A DNA stretch of 64,000 bases, taken from positions 64,001 through 128,000 of the forward strand of contig JAXGNU010000001.1 of the NCBI GenBank assembly GCA_040767805.1. The letters are read 5' to 3'. Shown here piece by piece: positions 19,263 to 27,635 of the stretch (position 1 is the first letter of the stretch; each line of letters starts with the position of its first letter). A program made the translations under genes and the position numbers. Source of the stretch: Thermovirgaceae bacterium (GTDB lineage: Bacteria > Synergistota > Synergistia > Synergistales > Thermovirgaceae). Under the pieces are notes generated by a model. The model was not told the DNA's origin and searched no databases. It was given only the letters and a program-made list of their open reading frames with translations.

Positions 19263-20078
19263 TCAGGGCTTTTGATCAAGGTCGGTGACGGGGGAATAAA
19301 GGAGGGGGTTCCTGCCCCCCGTGAAGGGAAGCTTTTTCCTGGTCTTGCCAACCATGGCCGGTTCGATGGATACGCTGGCGGTCATCTCCCCCTCGTCGGG
19401 ACAGCGGGTGACCGTGGAACCGTCGGGCCCGAAGACGAGGGACCTCCCGCCGAAGACCTGGCCGCTCCCTTCCCCACTCCGGTTGCAGCCGATCACGAAG
19501 ACCTGGTTTTCGATTGCCCTCGCCCGGAGGAGGGTCTCCCAGTGATCGATCCTCGCCGTGGGCCATTCGGCCGGGATCACGATCAGTTCGGCCCCCGCTA
19601 GTGCCAGGGACCTGACGAATTCGGGAAACCTTATGTCGTAACAAATCGCGATCGCCGACGGGATACCCATGAGGTCGAAAAGAAAGGGGCCCACGCCGGC
19701 CTCGAAAAACAGGGGTTCGTCAAGCAGGGGGAACAAATGGGCCTTGTCATAGGACCCCACGACCTCCCCCGAGTCCCCAATGAAGAAGGCCCGGTTGTAC
19801 AATTCGCCGGTAGGCTCCACCCAGGGCAGGCTTCCACCGATGAGGAAAAACCCCTTTTCGGCGCACGCCCCGGACATCATTTCCAGGGCCGAGGGGCTGG
19901 ACAGGGCATGCTCCCTTAACCCTGCGTTGTCGTAGGAGCAGGTCCACAGTTCGGGCAGTACCACCAGCGAGGGCCCCCCGGGGATCCCTTCAAGGTGTTT
20001 CTCCATCCTGGCGATATTCGCTGAAGGGTTGCCCCACAGGACATCAGACTGGATAATATGTACGGTGAGTTCTTTCAA
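19263..20078 (-). CDS. Carbon-nitrogen hydrolase (nitrilase/amidase superfamily)
   Basis: Catalytic triad E (LPELW), K (YDKAHLF), C (ICYDIRFPE); RARAIENQ. Likely start is TTG at 20078 with GAGGGGG SD; the longer track ORF runs into nikR. Confidence 0.9.
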   Translation of the reverse strand: MKELTVHIIQSDVLWGNPSANIARMEKHLEGIPGGPSLVVLPELWTCSYDNAGLREHALSSPSALEMMSGACAEKGFFLIGGSLPWVEPTGELYNRAFFIGDSGEVVGSYDKAHLFPLLDEPLFFEAGVGPFLFDLMGIPSAIAICYDIRFPEFVRSLALAGAELIVIPAEWPTARIDHWETLLRARAIENQVFVIGCNRSGEGSGQVFGGRSLVFGPDGSTVTRCPDEGEMTASVSIEPAMVGKTRKKLPFTGGRNPLLYSPVTDLDQKP

Positions 20079-20115
20079 GGTCTTTTCCCCCTCGATCCTC
20101 GCTGGAGGTGATTTT

Positions 20116-20523
20116 TTGAACAGACTGGCAAGGTTCAGCGTATCCCTTCCCGCGCCCCTTTTGGAAAAATTCGACTCCTGGGTCGAGACACGGGGTTTCC
20201 GTAACAGGTCCGAAGCCCTGAGAGAGCTGATCCGGCGTTTTATCTCCGAATCATGCTGGGAAGACGGCGAGAAGACCGTCTTCGGGACCGTCACCCTCAC
20301 CTACGATCATCACTCCGGCGATTCGGCCCGGGAAATAACCAGCCTCCAGCATGATTTCGGAGACCTCATAATCTGCTCGACCCACATCCATGCCGACCAT
20401 CACCACTGTTTCGAGAGCGTCGTTTTTCACGGCAGGGCATCCAGGGTCAAGGAGTTCATCCGTCAATTGAGCGGGCTACGGGATGTCTCCAGTTCCGACC
20501 CGGTCATTACCACGATCCCCTGA
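20116..20523 (+). CDS. nikR: Nickel-responsive transcriptional regulator NikR
   Basis: Ribbon-helix-helix RFSVSL...NRSEALRELIR, YDHH, QH, HIHADHHHCFE nickel ligands; TTG start after GGAGGTG SD. Confidence 0.93.
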   Translation: MNRLARFSVSLPAPLLEKFDSWVETRGFRNRSEALRELIRRFISESCWEDGEKTVFGTVTLTYDHHSGDSAREITSLQHDFGDLIICSTHIHADHHHCFESVVFHGRASRVKEFIRQLSGLRDVSSSDPVITTIP

Positions 20524-20552
20524 AGCGGGGAGCCAGGGTCGCAGATCCTCAT

Positions 20553-20570
20553 CGGTGACGACCGTCACCG
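20553..20570 (-). promoter_or_regulatory. Putative bacterial SECIS element
   Basis: Perfect 7-bp stem CGGUGAC/GUCACCG with GGUC loop; loop starts 16 nt after the in-frame UGA; no U-tract on either strand. Confidence 0.6.
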
Positions 20571-20741
20571 TCAGATGCCTCACCCGGCGGGGGCGCATTT
20601 CCCCTTCTTTTTCCTGGGGTTGCCCTTGATGACGATGAGCGTTCGCCCGCGACACTCGGGGCAACGCAACACCTGCTCTTCCTCGGCCAAGTCGAACTCC
20701 TTGCCGCAGGAGGCGCACCGGTAAGTGGTCTTTCCAGCCAT
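20571..20741 (-). CDS. FmdB-like zinc-ribbon microprotein, candidate selenoprotein (53 aa to the first UGA; 56 aa if that UGA is Sec)
   Basis: Manual translation MAGKTTYRCASCGKEFDLAEEEQVLRCPECRGRTLIVIKGNPRKKKGKCAPAG-(TGA 20582-20580)-GI-TGA; two CxxC knuckles; purine-rich SD upstream. Confidence 0.8.
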
Positions 20742-20802
20742 TACTCTCACTTCCTCAGGATGGGCCTTTTCCGCCCGCCACCGCGGAACCAGGGGGCGCG
20801 GC

Positions 20803-21750
20803 TTAAAGATCCCCTATCGTGGATACCATTATCGCCTTTATGGTATGAAGCCTGTTCTCCGCCTCATCGAATACCTTGGAGTTCCTGGATTCGAAGACCT
20901 CCTCCGTCACCTCGTTCCCCTTCACGGCCGGCAGGCAATGAAGGAAAATGCAGTCGGCATTCCCAGTGGCTTTCAGAAGGTCGGAATTGACCTGGTAAGG
21001 CTTCAGCAGGGCCACCCTTTCGGCGAGCTTGTCCTCTTCCCCCATCGAGGCCCAAACGTCGGTGTAGATTGCGTCGGCCTTGCTGACGGCCTTACGCGGG
21101 TCCTCGTAGAATTCGATCGTGGCCCCCGTATCGGAAGCGATCATCCTGCATTCTTCCACGAGGTCCTTTTCGGGGAAGAGGCCTCCCGGGGCGGCGATAG
21201 CGAAATGGATCCCCATCTTGGCCGAACCGATCATCAGGGAATTGGCCATATTGTTCCTTCCATCCCCAACATAGACCAGCCTGAGTCCTTTCAGTTTTCC
21301 GAAATTCTCCTGTATCGTCAGGAAATCGGCGAGGATCTGGGTGGGGTGATACTGGTCGGTGAGGCCGTTCCAGACGGGAACACCAGAGTAAAGGGCCAGG
21401 TCTTCAACAACGGACTGTTTGAAACCACGATACTGTATCCCGTCGAACATCCTGCCCAGGACCTTGGCGGTGTCCTTGACGGACTCCTTGTGCCCCAGCT
21501 GGATATCGTTCTTTCCCAGGAATTCCGGGTGCCCGCCCTCGTCGACGCAGGCCACGGTGAAGGCACACCTCGTCCTGGTGGAAGGCTTTTCGAAGATAAG
21601 GGCGATGCTCTTACCGGCAAGGGTGTTGCCCCTTATCCCCATCCTCTTTTTCTCCTTCAACGAGACCGAAAGGTCGAGCAGGTACTGGATCTCCCCGGTG
21701 GTGAAATCCTTAAGGGTGAGAAAACTTCTTCCTCTCAGGTTGATCGGCAT
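20803..21750 (-). CDS. argF: Ornithine carbamoyltransferase (catabolic context, ArcB)
   Basis: STRTR, HPTQ, DVWASMG, HCLP, AENR; ATG at 21750 with AGGAGG SD. Confidence 0.95.
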   Translation of the reverse strand: MPINLRGRSFLTLKDFTTGEIQYLLDLSVSLKEKKRMGIRGNTLAGKSIALIFEKPSTRTRCAFTVACVDEGGHPEFLGKNDIQLGHKESVKDTAKVLGRMFDGIQYRGFKQSVVEDLALYSGVPVWNGLTDQYHPTQILADFLTIQENFGKLKGLRLVYVGDGRNNMANSLMIGSAKMGIHFAIAAPGGLFPEKDLVEECRMIASDTGATIEFYEDPRKAVSKADAIYTDVWASMGEEDKLAERVALLKPYQVNSDLLKATGNADCIFLHCLPAVKGNEVTEEVFESRNSKVFDEAENRLHTIKAIMVSTIGDL

Positions 21751-21794
21751 TCCATTCCCCTCCTGTATTCTTATGAATTGCCGTTTCGGCCTTG

Positions 21795-23027
21795 CTAATC
21801 CCGGGTCAGGGGCATGCTCATGCACCTGGGGCCTCCCCGGCCCCTGCCGAGCTCGGCGCCCTTGACCTCGAAGACCTTTATCCCGTTGGCCTGGAGTACC
21901 CGGTTGGAGACGACATTCCTTCTATAAGTGATGACGACCCCGGGGGCGATCGCCAGGGTGTTGGTCCCGTCATTCCACTGGTCCCTTGCCGCAGCGACGG
22001 GGTCTCCGCCCCCTGTTTCGATGAAACGGATCGTATCAAGGTGGAGCACTTTTCTCAGGCAATCACCCAAGTTCCGGTGTTCAATGATAGAGGTGATCTC
22101 CCCCACGGGGGAGTACTCGAGCTGCCATATCCGGATGTATTCCTTCACTTCCGGGTAAATGGTGAAAGCGTCATGGTCCACCATGGTGAAGACCGTGTCA
22201 AGGTGCATGGCCGCCCGGCTTTTGGGGATATCTACCGCTAAAACGGTCTTGACCCCGGCTTTTTCAGCGATCCTCTTGCCGACGATCTGCAGGGTCCCCG
22301 CCGCGGTCCTTTGGCTGATACCGATGGCAACCACGGAATCCGAGAGGACAAGGATATCCCCCCCCTCGATGCGGTAAGGATAGGTATCGCGAGGGTGGTC
22401 CCCAAAGAGGAATTCTGTGCCTTTGAAATAGGGGTGGTTCTTGAATATGTAGCGGGCGTAGAGTGGTTCCTTTCTCCGGGCCTCGAAGGACATGACACTA
22501 ATTATTACACCTGAATTAATAAATGAGAAGGGATCCCTCTGGAAATAGAGGTTGGGGAGAGGGTGGATCAGGAAATCCCGGTCGCCCATTGCCCTCAGGA
22601 CGAGGCTCCTGCAGGGGGGGAGGATCTCCAGGGCTTCCATTTTTGTGAGGCCGGCGATGAGTATTTCGGCAAGTTCGCTGGCGCTCACTTCCATGAGAAC
22701 ACCCTTGAGGGCCGAGACCAGGGGGATGTCGATAGCCTCAAGGGCGAGCACTTCATCGAGGAGAGAGTCCCTGACAGAGTCTTCCCCGAGCACGTGGGAA
22801 AGGCAATTCCTGAAGTAAACCACCTCCACCCCGTTGTCCCGAAGGAGGTCGGCAAAGGTGTCGTGTTCCTTTTGAGCCTCTTCCAGCCAGAGTATATCGT
22901 CGAAGAGAAGTTCATCCTTGTTGTCAATGGTGAGGCGTTCCAGTTCCTTGCCGGGCCTGTGAAGCATGACCCTTTTCAGTTTACCGACTTCCGACGATAC
23001 GCTGAAAGAACCGTCCTCATTGGCCAC
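21795..23027 (-). CDS. arcA: Arginine deiminase
   Basis: [40 protein letters not shown] catalytic Cys. Confidence 0.96.
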   Translation of the reverse strand: MANEDGSFSVSSEVGKLKRVMLHRPGKELERLTIDNKDELLFDDILWLEEAQKEHDTFADLLRDNGVEVVYFRNCLSHVLGEDSVRDSLLDEVLALEAIDIPLVSALKGVLMEVSASELAEILIAGLTKMEALEILPPCRSLVLRAMGDRDFLIHPLPNLYFQRDPFSFINSGVIISVMSFEARRKEPLYARYIFKNHPYFKGTEFLFGDHPRDTYPYRIEGGDILVLSDSVVAIGISQRTAAGTLQIVGKRIAEKAGVKTVLAVDIPKSRAAMHLDTVFTMVDHDAFTIYPEVKEYIRIWQLEYSPVGEITSIIEHRNLGDCLRKVLHLDTIRFIETGGGDPVAAARDQWNDGTNTLAIAPGVVITYRRNVVSNRVLQANGIKVFEVKGAELGRGRGGPRCMSMPLTRD

Positions 23028-23199
23028 GAGTGATACCTCCCCGTTCCCCTGTATTTACTCCAAGGATTAGTATAAGCCATCGGCGGGGAAAAAATGGGAA
23101 CAGGGCCATTCCCCTGACGCCCAGGGGCCTCTTTGCGGTCCCTCCGGGGGGACCGGCCCGTCCCGGTAAGGTGGCGGGAATGCGGCCAGGGTGAGGCTC

Positions 23200-24054
23200 T
23201 TAAGAGTTTCCCCTTCCCCACATGATCAGGCATTCCCGGGTCAACCGGGCTGCCAGGACGGACGTTATGCCGTTAATGTCATTGGGGGGGCTTACCTCTA
23301 CGATGTCGAAGCCGATCATCCGGAGGTCCTTCATGAGGGTCAGGGCTTGAAGGACCTCCCGGGCCGAAAAACCGCAAGGTTCCGGGGTGCCCGTGCCAGG
23401 GGCCTCTCCCGGGTCGACGATGTCGATATCGAGGGAAAGGTAGACCGGCCTCCGCCCCAGCATGGGGATGACATCCTTCAGGGGGGTCGACAGTTCGAGG
23501 GGGAAGAAGGAGGTGTTATCCCTTCCCCACCGGTACTCAACGGCCGACGCGGACCTTATGCCGAACTGGAAAAGAAGGGAAGGGCTCACGAGACAGCTCT
23601 CCGCAACGCGGCGCATGACGGTGGCATGGTTTTTCCCTGTTCCCCGGTAGCGGTCCCTCAAGTCCGCGTGGGCATCGAGGTGGATGACCGCCAAATCGGG
23701 GTAGATTTCCGAAGCGGCTTCCAACACGGGGAGTGTCGCGAGGTGTTCGCCGCCCAGGGTGGCGACCTTGAGGCCCCTGCGGAAAAAGCTCGAGGAAACC
23801 GCCTTGATAGTTTCAAGGGAAAGGTGTAGGTCACCGGGGGCAAGCTCGATGTCCCCGACATCCGCGAAGGGAACGTCCTGAAGGTCTCCGAGGAGAAGGG
23901 TGCTGAAAGTTTCCAGGTGCCGCGATTCCCTCCTTATGGCACGGGGACCCTCCGAGGTCCCGTGAAGGCGGGATACGGTCATGTCGAGGGGAACCCCCTG
24001 GAGGACCCACGTCACGCCTTTCATGGACCTTCGGCTCGCGATGAACCTGTCCAA
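23200..24054 (-). CDS. speB: Agmatinase / ureohydrolase
   Basis: GGEH, HLDAHAD, SLDIDIVDP, APGTGTP, DIVEV. Confidence 0.92.
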   Translation of the reverse strand: MDRFIASRRSMKGVTWVLQGVPLDMTVSRLHGTSEGPRAIRRESRHLETFSTLLLGDLQDVPFADVGDIELAPGDLHLSLETIKAVSSSFFRRGLKVATLGGEHLATLPVLEAASEIYPDLAVIHLDAHADLRDRYRGTGKNHATVMRRVAESCLVSPSLLFQFGIRSASAVEYRWGRDNTSFFPLELSTPLKDVIPMLGRRPVYLSLDIDIVDPGEAPGTGTPEPCGFSAREVLQALTLMKDLRMIGFDIVEVSPPNDINGITSVLAARLTRECLIMWGRGNS

Positions 24055-24056
24055 GG

Positions 24057-24905
24057 CTACTCGTCCCGTTCGTTCAGCAGTTCTTCCAGGAAAGGAGGGA
24101 GAACAAAAGAGGCCCTGTGGACTCGGTCGGAATAGTAATTGGTCATCCCGGGGAGGGCACTCATCGGTTTTTCGGGGTCATGAACCTTTGACCCCGCCAG
24201 GTAGGTCCACATCCCCGTCGGGTAAGTAGGCATCACTCCCCAGTAAACCTTGACGATGGGGAATACTTTTTTCATTTCCAACGCAGACCCTGTCAGTATG
24301 TCAGGATCAGTAAAGGGAGATTCGGTCTGGGCCGCGACAAGTCCCTCCTCATTGAGCGCTCGATGGACATCCCTGTAAAAGGGTTCGCGGAAAAGCCCCT
24401 CAGCGAAATCAACGGGGTCGGTGCTGTCTACTATAACGACGTCGAATTCACTCTTCTTGCCCCTGACATATTCAAGGGCATCCATCGTCAAAACGGTGGC
24501 CTTAGGGTCTTCCAGGCCGGCGCTCAACGAGGGGAAAAATTGCTTCGAGGCGTTTATGACCTCCTGATCGATATCGACCAGGACCACTTCCTCGACAGTA
24601 GGGTGTTTGACCGCTTCCCGGGCGCTCCCCCCGTCCCCGCCACCAACAATGAGGACCCGTCGCGGGCTCGGGTGGGCCGTGAGGACCACATGGGCCAGCA
24701 TTTCATGGTAAGTGAACTCGTCCTTTTCTGTCACCTGGATCGCGCCGTCGAGGGCCATCAGTCTTCCGTACTGGTCCGTTTCTACTACGAGGAGGTGCTG
24801 GAAGGGAGTCTGGAAATTGGCCAGGACCTTTGTGATGCTCAGGCCCAACCTTAAATGCCTTGTCTGGTACTCGGTGAACCAGATGTCGTTGTGTCTCTTT
24901 TGCAT
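24057..24905 (-). CDS. speE: Polyamine aminopropyltransferase (spermidine synthase family)
   Basis: LDGAIQ, YHEM, VGGGDGG, IVDSTDP; ATG at 24905. Confidence 0.94.
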   Translation of the reverse strand: MQKRHNDIWFTEYQTRHLRLGLSITKVLANFQTPFQHLLVVETDQYGRLMALDGAIQVTEKDEFTYHEMLAHVVLTAHPSPRRVLIVGGGDGGSAREAVKHPTVEEVVLVDIDQEVINASKQFFPSLSAGLEDPKATVLTMDALEYVRGKKSEFDVVIVDSTDPVDFAEGLFREPFYRDVHRALNEEGLVAAQTESPFTDPDILTGSALEMKKVFPIVKVYWGVMPTYPTGMWTYLAGSKVHDPEKPMSALPGMTNYYSDRVHRASFVLPPFLEELLNERDE

Positions 24906-24922
24906 CCCCGTAAACCCTTTTC

Positions 24923-25393
24923 CTAAAAAGGGTAGAAAAGCGGGCAGCCTGCGAAGACGGTCCCGCATTCTCTTACAACGTGATCGATAGCCTTGACCTT
25001 GACCTCCTTGAGGCCCAGCGAGCGCATTGCAAAGGCCTCCCTCACCATTTCCTCGACCTTTATCGCAGCTTCCGACCCTGGGCAAAACCCGGAGAATTCG
25101 AAGATCATTCCGAAAGAATCGGGATCTTCCGGTACGCCCACGCCTATCGCGGCGGAAATGGTCTCACCGGGAACATCGCTGGTGATCGAACCATAGGCGA
25201 TGGGGAGAAGAGAGCCAAAGGGCATCTTAAGTTCCGTTCTGAAAGCGCATTTCGGCGGGAGGACGCTGCTCACGCGGAGAAGGTTCATATTACCGACCCC
25301 GGCATCTAGAAGGGCTGAATCGAAGGACGTCAGTTTCTTTTTTCCCTCACCGCGGCCCACGACGAGCGAAAATAGTTCCGGCACGGGCAACAT
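24923..25393 (-). CDS. pdaD: Pyruvoyl-dependent arginine decarboxylase
   Basis: SFDSALLDAGVGNMNLLRVSSVLPP with the Ser-Ser autocleavage site. Confidence 0.9.
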   Translation of the reverse strand: MLPVPELFSLVVGRGEGKKKLTSFDSALLDAGVGNMNLLRVSSVLPPKCAFRTELKMPFGSLLPIAYGSITSDVPGETISAAIGVGVPEDPDSFGMIFEFSGFCPGSEAAIKVEEMVREAFAMRSLGLKEVKVKAIDHVVRECGTVFAGCPLFYPF

Positions 25394-25440
25394 TACATGG
25401 CAACCTCCCCTCGATGGTCATTCCCAAAAAAGCGCATATC

Positions 25441-25468
25441 ATTATATCGTCAGAAGGGGGGGTGTCAA
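25441..25468 (-). promoter_or_regulatory. Sigma70 promoter for pdaD-speE-speB
   Basis: Perfect TTGACA (25468-25463), 16-nt spacer, TATAAT (25446-25441). Confidence 0.8.
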
Positions 25469-25477
25469 TTGAGTGGG

Positions 25478-26533
25478 TCAGGGAGAAATGAAACCCCTCT
25501 CCCTGCAAACCGCCAGGAACCTCGAGGGCAATTCCCCGGGGTCACAGGATTCGATGGCCTTCCCCCCGGAAAAGAGCATGATCCCCGACGGTGTTCCGGC
25601 GATGCCGATATCGGAATCCGCCGCTTCCCCAGGGCCGTTCACTTCGCAACCCATGACCGCGACCTTCAGGTCCTTCCCGAGTTTGACCAGGTAGGGCTCA
25701 ATGAGGCCCACCAGGAAATCCACATCGACCCTCCTCCTGCCGCAGCCCGGGCAGGAGACCAGTTCCGCCTCGAATCGCCTGATACCCGAAGACTGCAGGA
25801 TCCTCTTGCCGACGATCACTTCCTCCCGGGAGGTACCGGTGAGGCTGATCCTTATAGTATCGCCGATCCCGCTCCCGAGCAGCGACCCGACGGCGACAGA
25901 GCTCTTTATTATTCCCCTTTGACCCGGCCCAGACTCGGTCAACCCTATATGGACAGGGTGTTCGAAAGTTGACGCGATCAGCGAATTGGCCCTCAGGGTC
26001 GTCTTTATGGATGAGGATTTCGCCGAGAGGATCATTTCTTCGACGCCCCAGTCCAGCAGGATCCCCACCTGTTCGCTGACGGCATTGAACAAGGCCCTGC
26101 CGGCATCCCCGCCGGCTTTTTCCATTTGGGACCTCGAGAGCGAGCCCGAGTTCGCCCCTATCCTCACCACTACCCCATTGTCCCTGACGGCGCGGCTCAA
26201 CTCACTCATACCCCGATGACCCCCCATGTTACCCGGGTTGATCCTGACGGACCGGCAACCGGAGTCGATCGCCCTGATGGCAAGTCGATGGTCAAAATGG
26301 ATGTCGGCCATTACCTCGATCGGGGAGCCTTCGATCAATCGCGATAACTCCCGGGAAAGTCCCACCTCCGGGAAGGCCACCCTGACGAGTTCGCAACCCT
26401 CCTCTGCCAGGGACCGGGCTTCCTCAAGGCACCCGGGGAGGTCCTGAAGGGGGGTCTTAAGCATGCTTTCCACCCTGACGGGGAAGCCATTCCCCACCCC
26501 AAGAGATCCCACCATTACAGTTCTACCCGCCAT
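25478..26533 (-). CDS. ispG: 4-hydroxy-3-methylbut-2-en-1-yl diphosphate synthase
   Basis: ADIHF, RINPGN, RIGANSGS, GDTIRISL, CPGCGR, MGCEVNGPGE. Confidence 0.96.
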   Translation of the reverse strand: MAGRTVMVGSLGVGNGFPVRVESMLKTPLQDLPGCLEEARSLAEEGCELVRVAFPEVGLSRELSRLIEGSPIEVMADIHFDHRLAIRAIDSGCRSVRINPGNMGGHRGMSELSRAVRDNGVVVRIGANSGSLSRSQMEKAGGDAGRALFNAVSEQVGILLDWGVEEMILSAKSSSIKTTLRANSLIASTFEHPVHIGLTESGPGQRGIIKSSVAVGSLLGSGIGDTIRISLTGTSREEVIVGKRILQSSGIRRFEAELVSCPGCGRRRVDVDFLVGLIEPYLVKLGKDLKVAVMGCEVNGPGEAADSDIGIAGTPSGIMLFSGGKAIESCDPGELPSRFLAVCRERGFISP

Positions 26534-26558
26534 ATCCCTTTTCGACCCCCTTTCGGCC

Positions 26559-27605
26559 CTACCGGGCCACTGGAAGGAGTTTGATCAAATCCTTCCAGGA
26601 GACGAATATGAGCAGAATGATCAAAAGGATGAAACCCGCAAGGTGAACCAGGCTCTCCCATCTTTCGGGGAGCTTCTTCCCTGTCATGATCTCCCCCATG
26701 ACGAGGAGGATCCTCCCCCCGTCGAGGGCCGGGAAGGGGAGCAGGTTCAGGATGCCCAGGTGGAGGCTGATCATTGACAGGAAGGCGAGAAAGGTCCAGA
26801 AACCCTCCCTGGCCGCCTTCCCCGCCATTGACGCTATCCCCAGGGGACCGGTGATCTCGACCTGGCCGTTCCCCGTCGCCCACGACCATATCCCCTTTAC
26901 GATATCGATGCTGAAATCCCCTATGTAACCCAGGGAGCCTGAAAGGGCCTTGATGAAGGGGTATCTTTTCATGGAAGGTCTTATCCCCAGAAGCGGGACC
27001 TTGTATTCCGGTGACAGGGGCACCCTGCCCCGGAGCACATGGATCACGCCGTCCCGTTCAAAGGTCAATTCCACCGGCCCCAGTACGGCTTTTTCCCTTA
27101 TGGTGGATGAAAGGGCGGCCCAATCCTCCACGGACACCCCGGAGACCTCTTTTATCAGGTCCCCCGGTCGTAGGCCCAGCTCCTCCGCCGGGTATCCCTC
27201 CATGACCTCCCCGATGCGGGTGCTCCCCAGGTCCATTATCCCGTGTCCCCAGAGGAGGAGGGCCGTGAAGAGGATCGCCAGTACAATGTTCGAAACCGAG
27301 CCGCCGCCGAGTATCGCCAGGCGTTTCCAGGGTGACTTCTCGGCGAAGGACATGCCGGGCAGCACCTCTTCCTCTCCCTGCTCTTCCGACATTCCAGCCA
27401 GCCGGACGAACCCCCCGACCGGCACCGCCCTAATGGACCAGGTCATGCCGCCCCTTTTCCACCCGGCGAGGAGAGGCCCCATCCCGAAGGAGAACTCGTG
27501 GACCTGGACACCCGCGGACCTGGCGACCACGAGGTGCCCGAACTCGTGCGAAATAACGCAGATCGCTATCACCAATACAAAAGCCAGCGCGCTCAAGCCC
27601 ATCAT
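26559..27605 (-). CDS. rseP: RIP metalloprotease RseP
   Basis: HEFGH, PDZ-like segment, NLLPFPALDGG. Confidence 0.95.
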   Translation of the reverse strand: MMGLSALAFVLVIAICVISHEFGHLVVARSAGVQVHEFSFGMGPLLAGWKRGGMTWSIRAVPVGGFVRLAGMSEEQGEEEVLPGMSFAEKSPWKRLAILGGGSVSNIVLAILFTALLLWGHGIMDLGSTRIGEVMEGYPAEELGLRPGDLIKEVSGVSVEDWAALSSTIREKAVLGPVELTFERDGVIHVLRGRVPLSPEYKVPLLGIRPSMKRYPFIKALSGSLGYIGDFSIDIVKGIWSWATGNGQVEITGPLGIASMAGKAAREGFWTFLAFLSMISLHLGILNLLPFPALDGGRILLVMGEIMTGKKLPERWESLVHLAGFILLIILLIFVSWKDLIKLLPVAR

Positions 27606-27635
27606 TTCATCCCTTCCGAGCCGCGAATAACCCGC

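Noticed and set aside
20079..20300. N-terminal extension of the 345-aa hydrolase ORF
   Set aside because: Antisense shadow of nikR; the nitrilase fold starts at TTG 20078
20565..20573. Second and third in-frame UGA as additional Sec codons (UxxU)
   Set aside because: They abut or lie within the hairpin, too close for normal SECIS spacing, so the second is treated as the stop; not fully excluded
20476..20718. 80-aa minus-strand ORF in the track
   Set aside because: Wrong frame: the overlapping frame from ATG 20741 gives a clear double-CxxC zinc ribbon with an SD, while this one is Arg-rich, unrecognisable and runs into nikR
23136..23166. Guanidine-III or cobalamin riboswitch in the speB-arcA spacer
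   Set aside because: Only superficial similarity: the would-be pseudoknot loop is a single nt and the conserved motifs are missing
24906..25085. N-terminal extension of the speE ORF
   Set aside because: Overlaps pdaD in another frame; homology starts at ATG 24905
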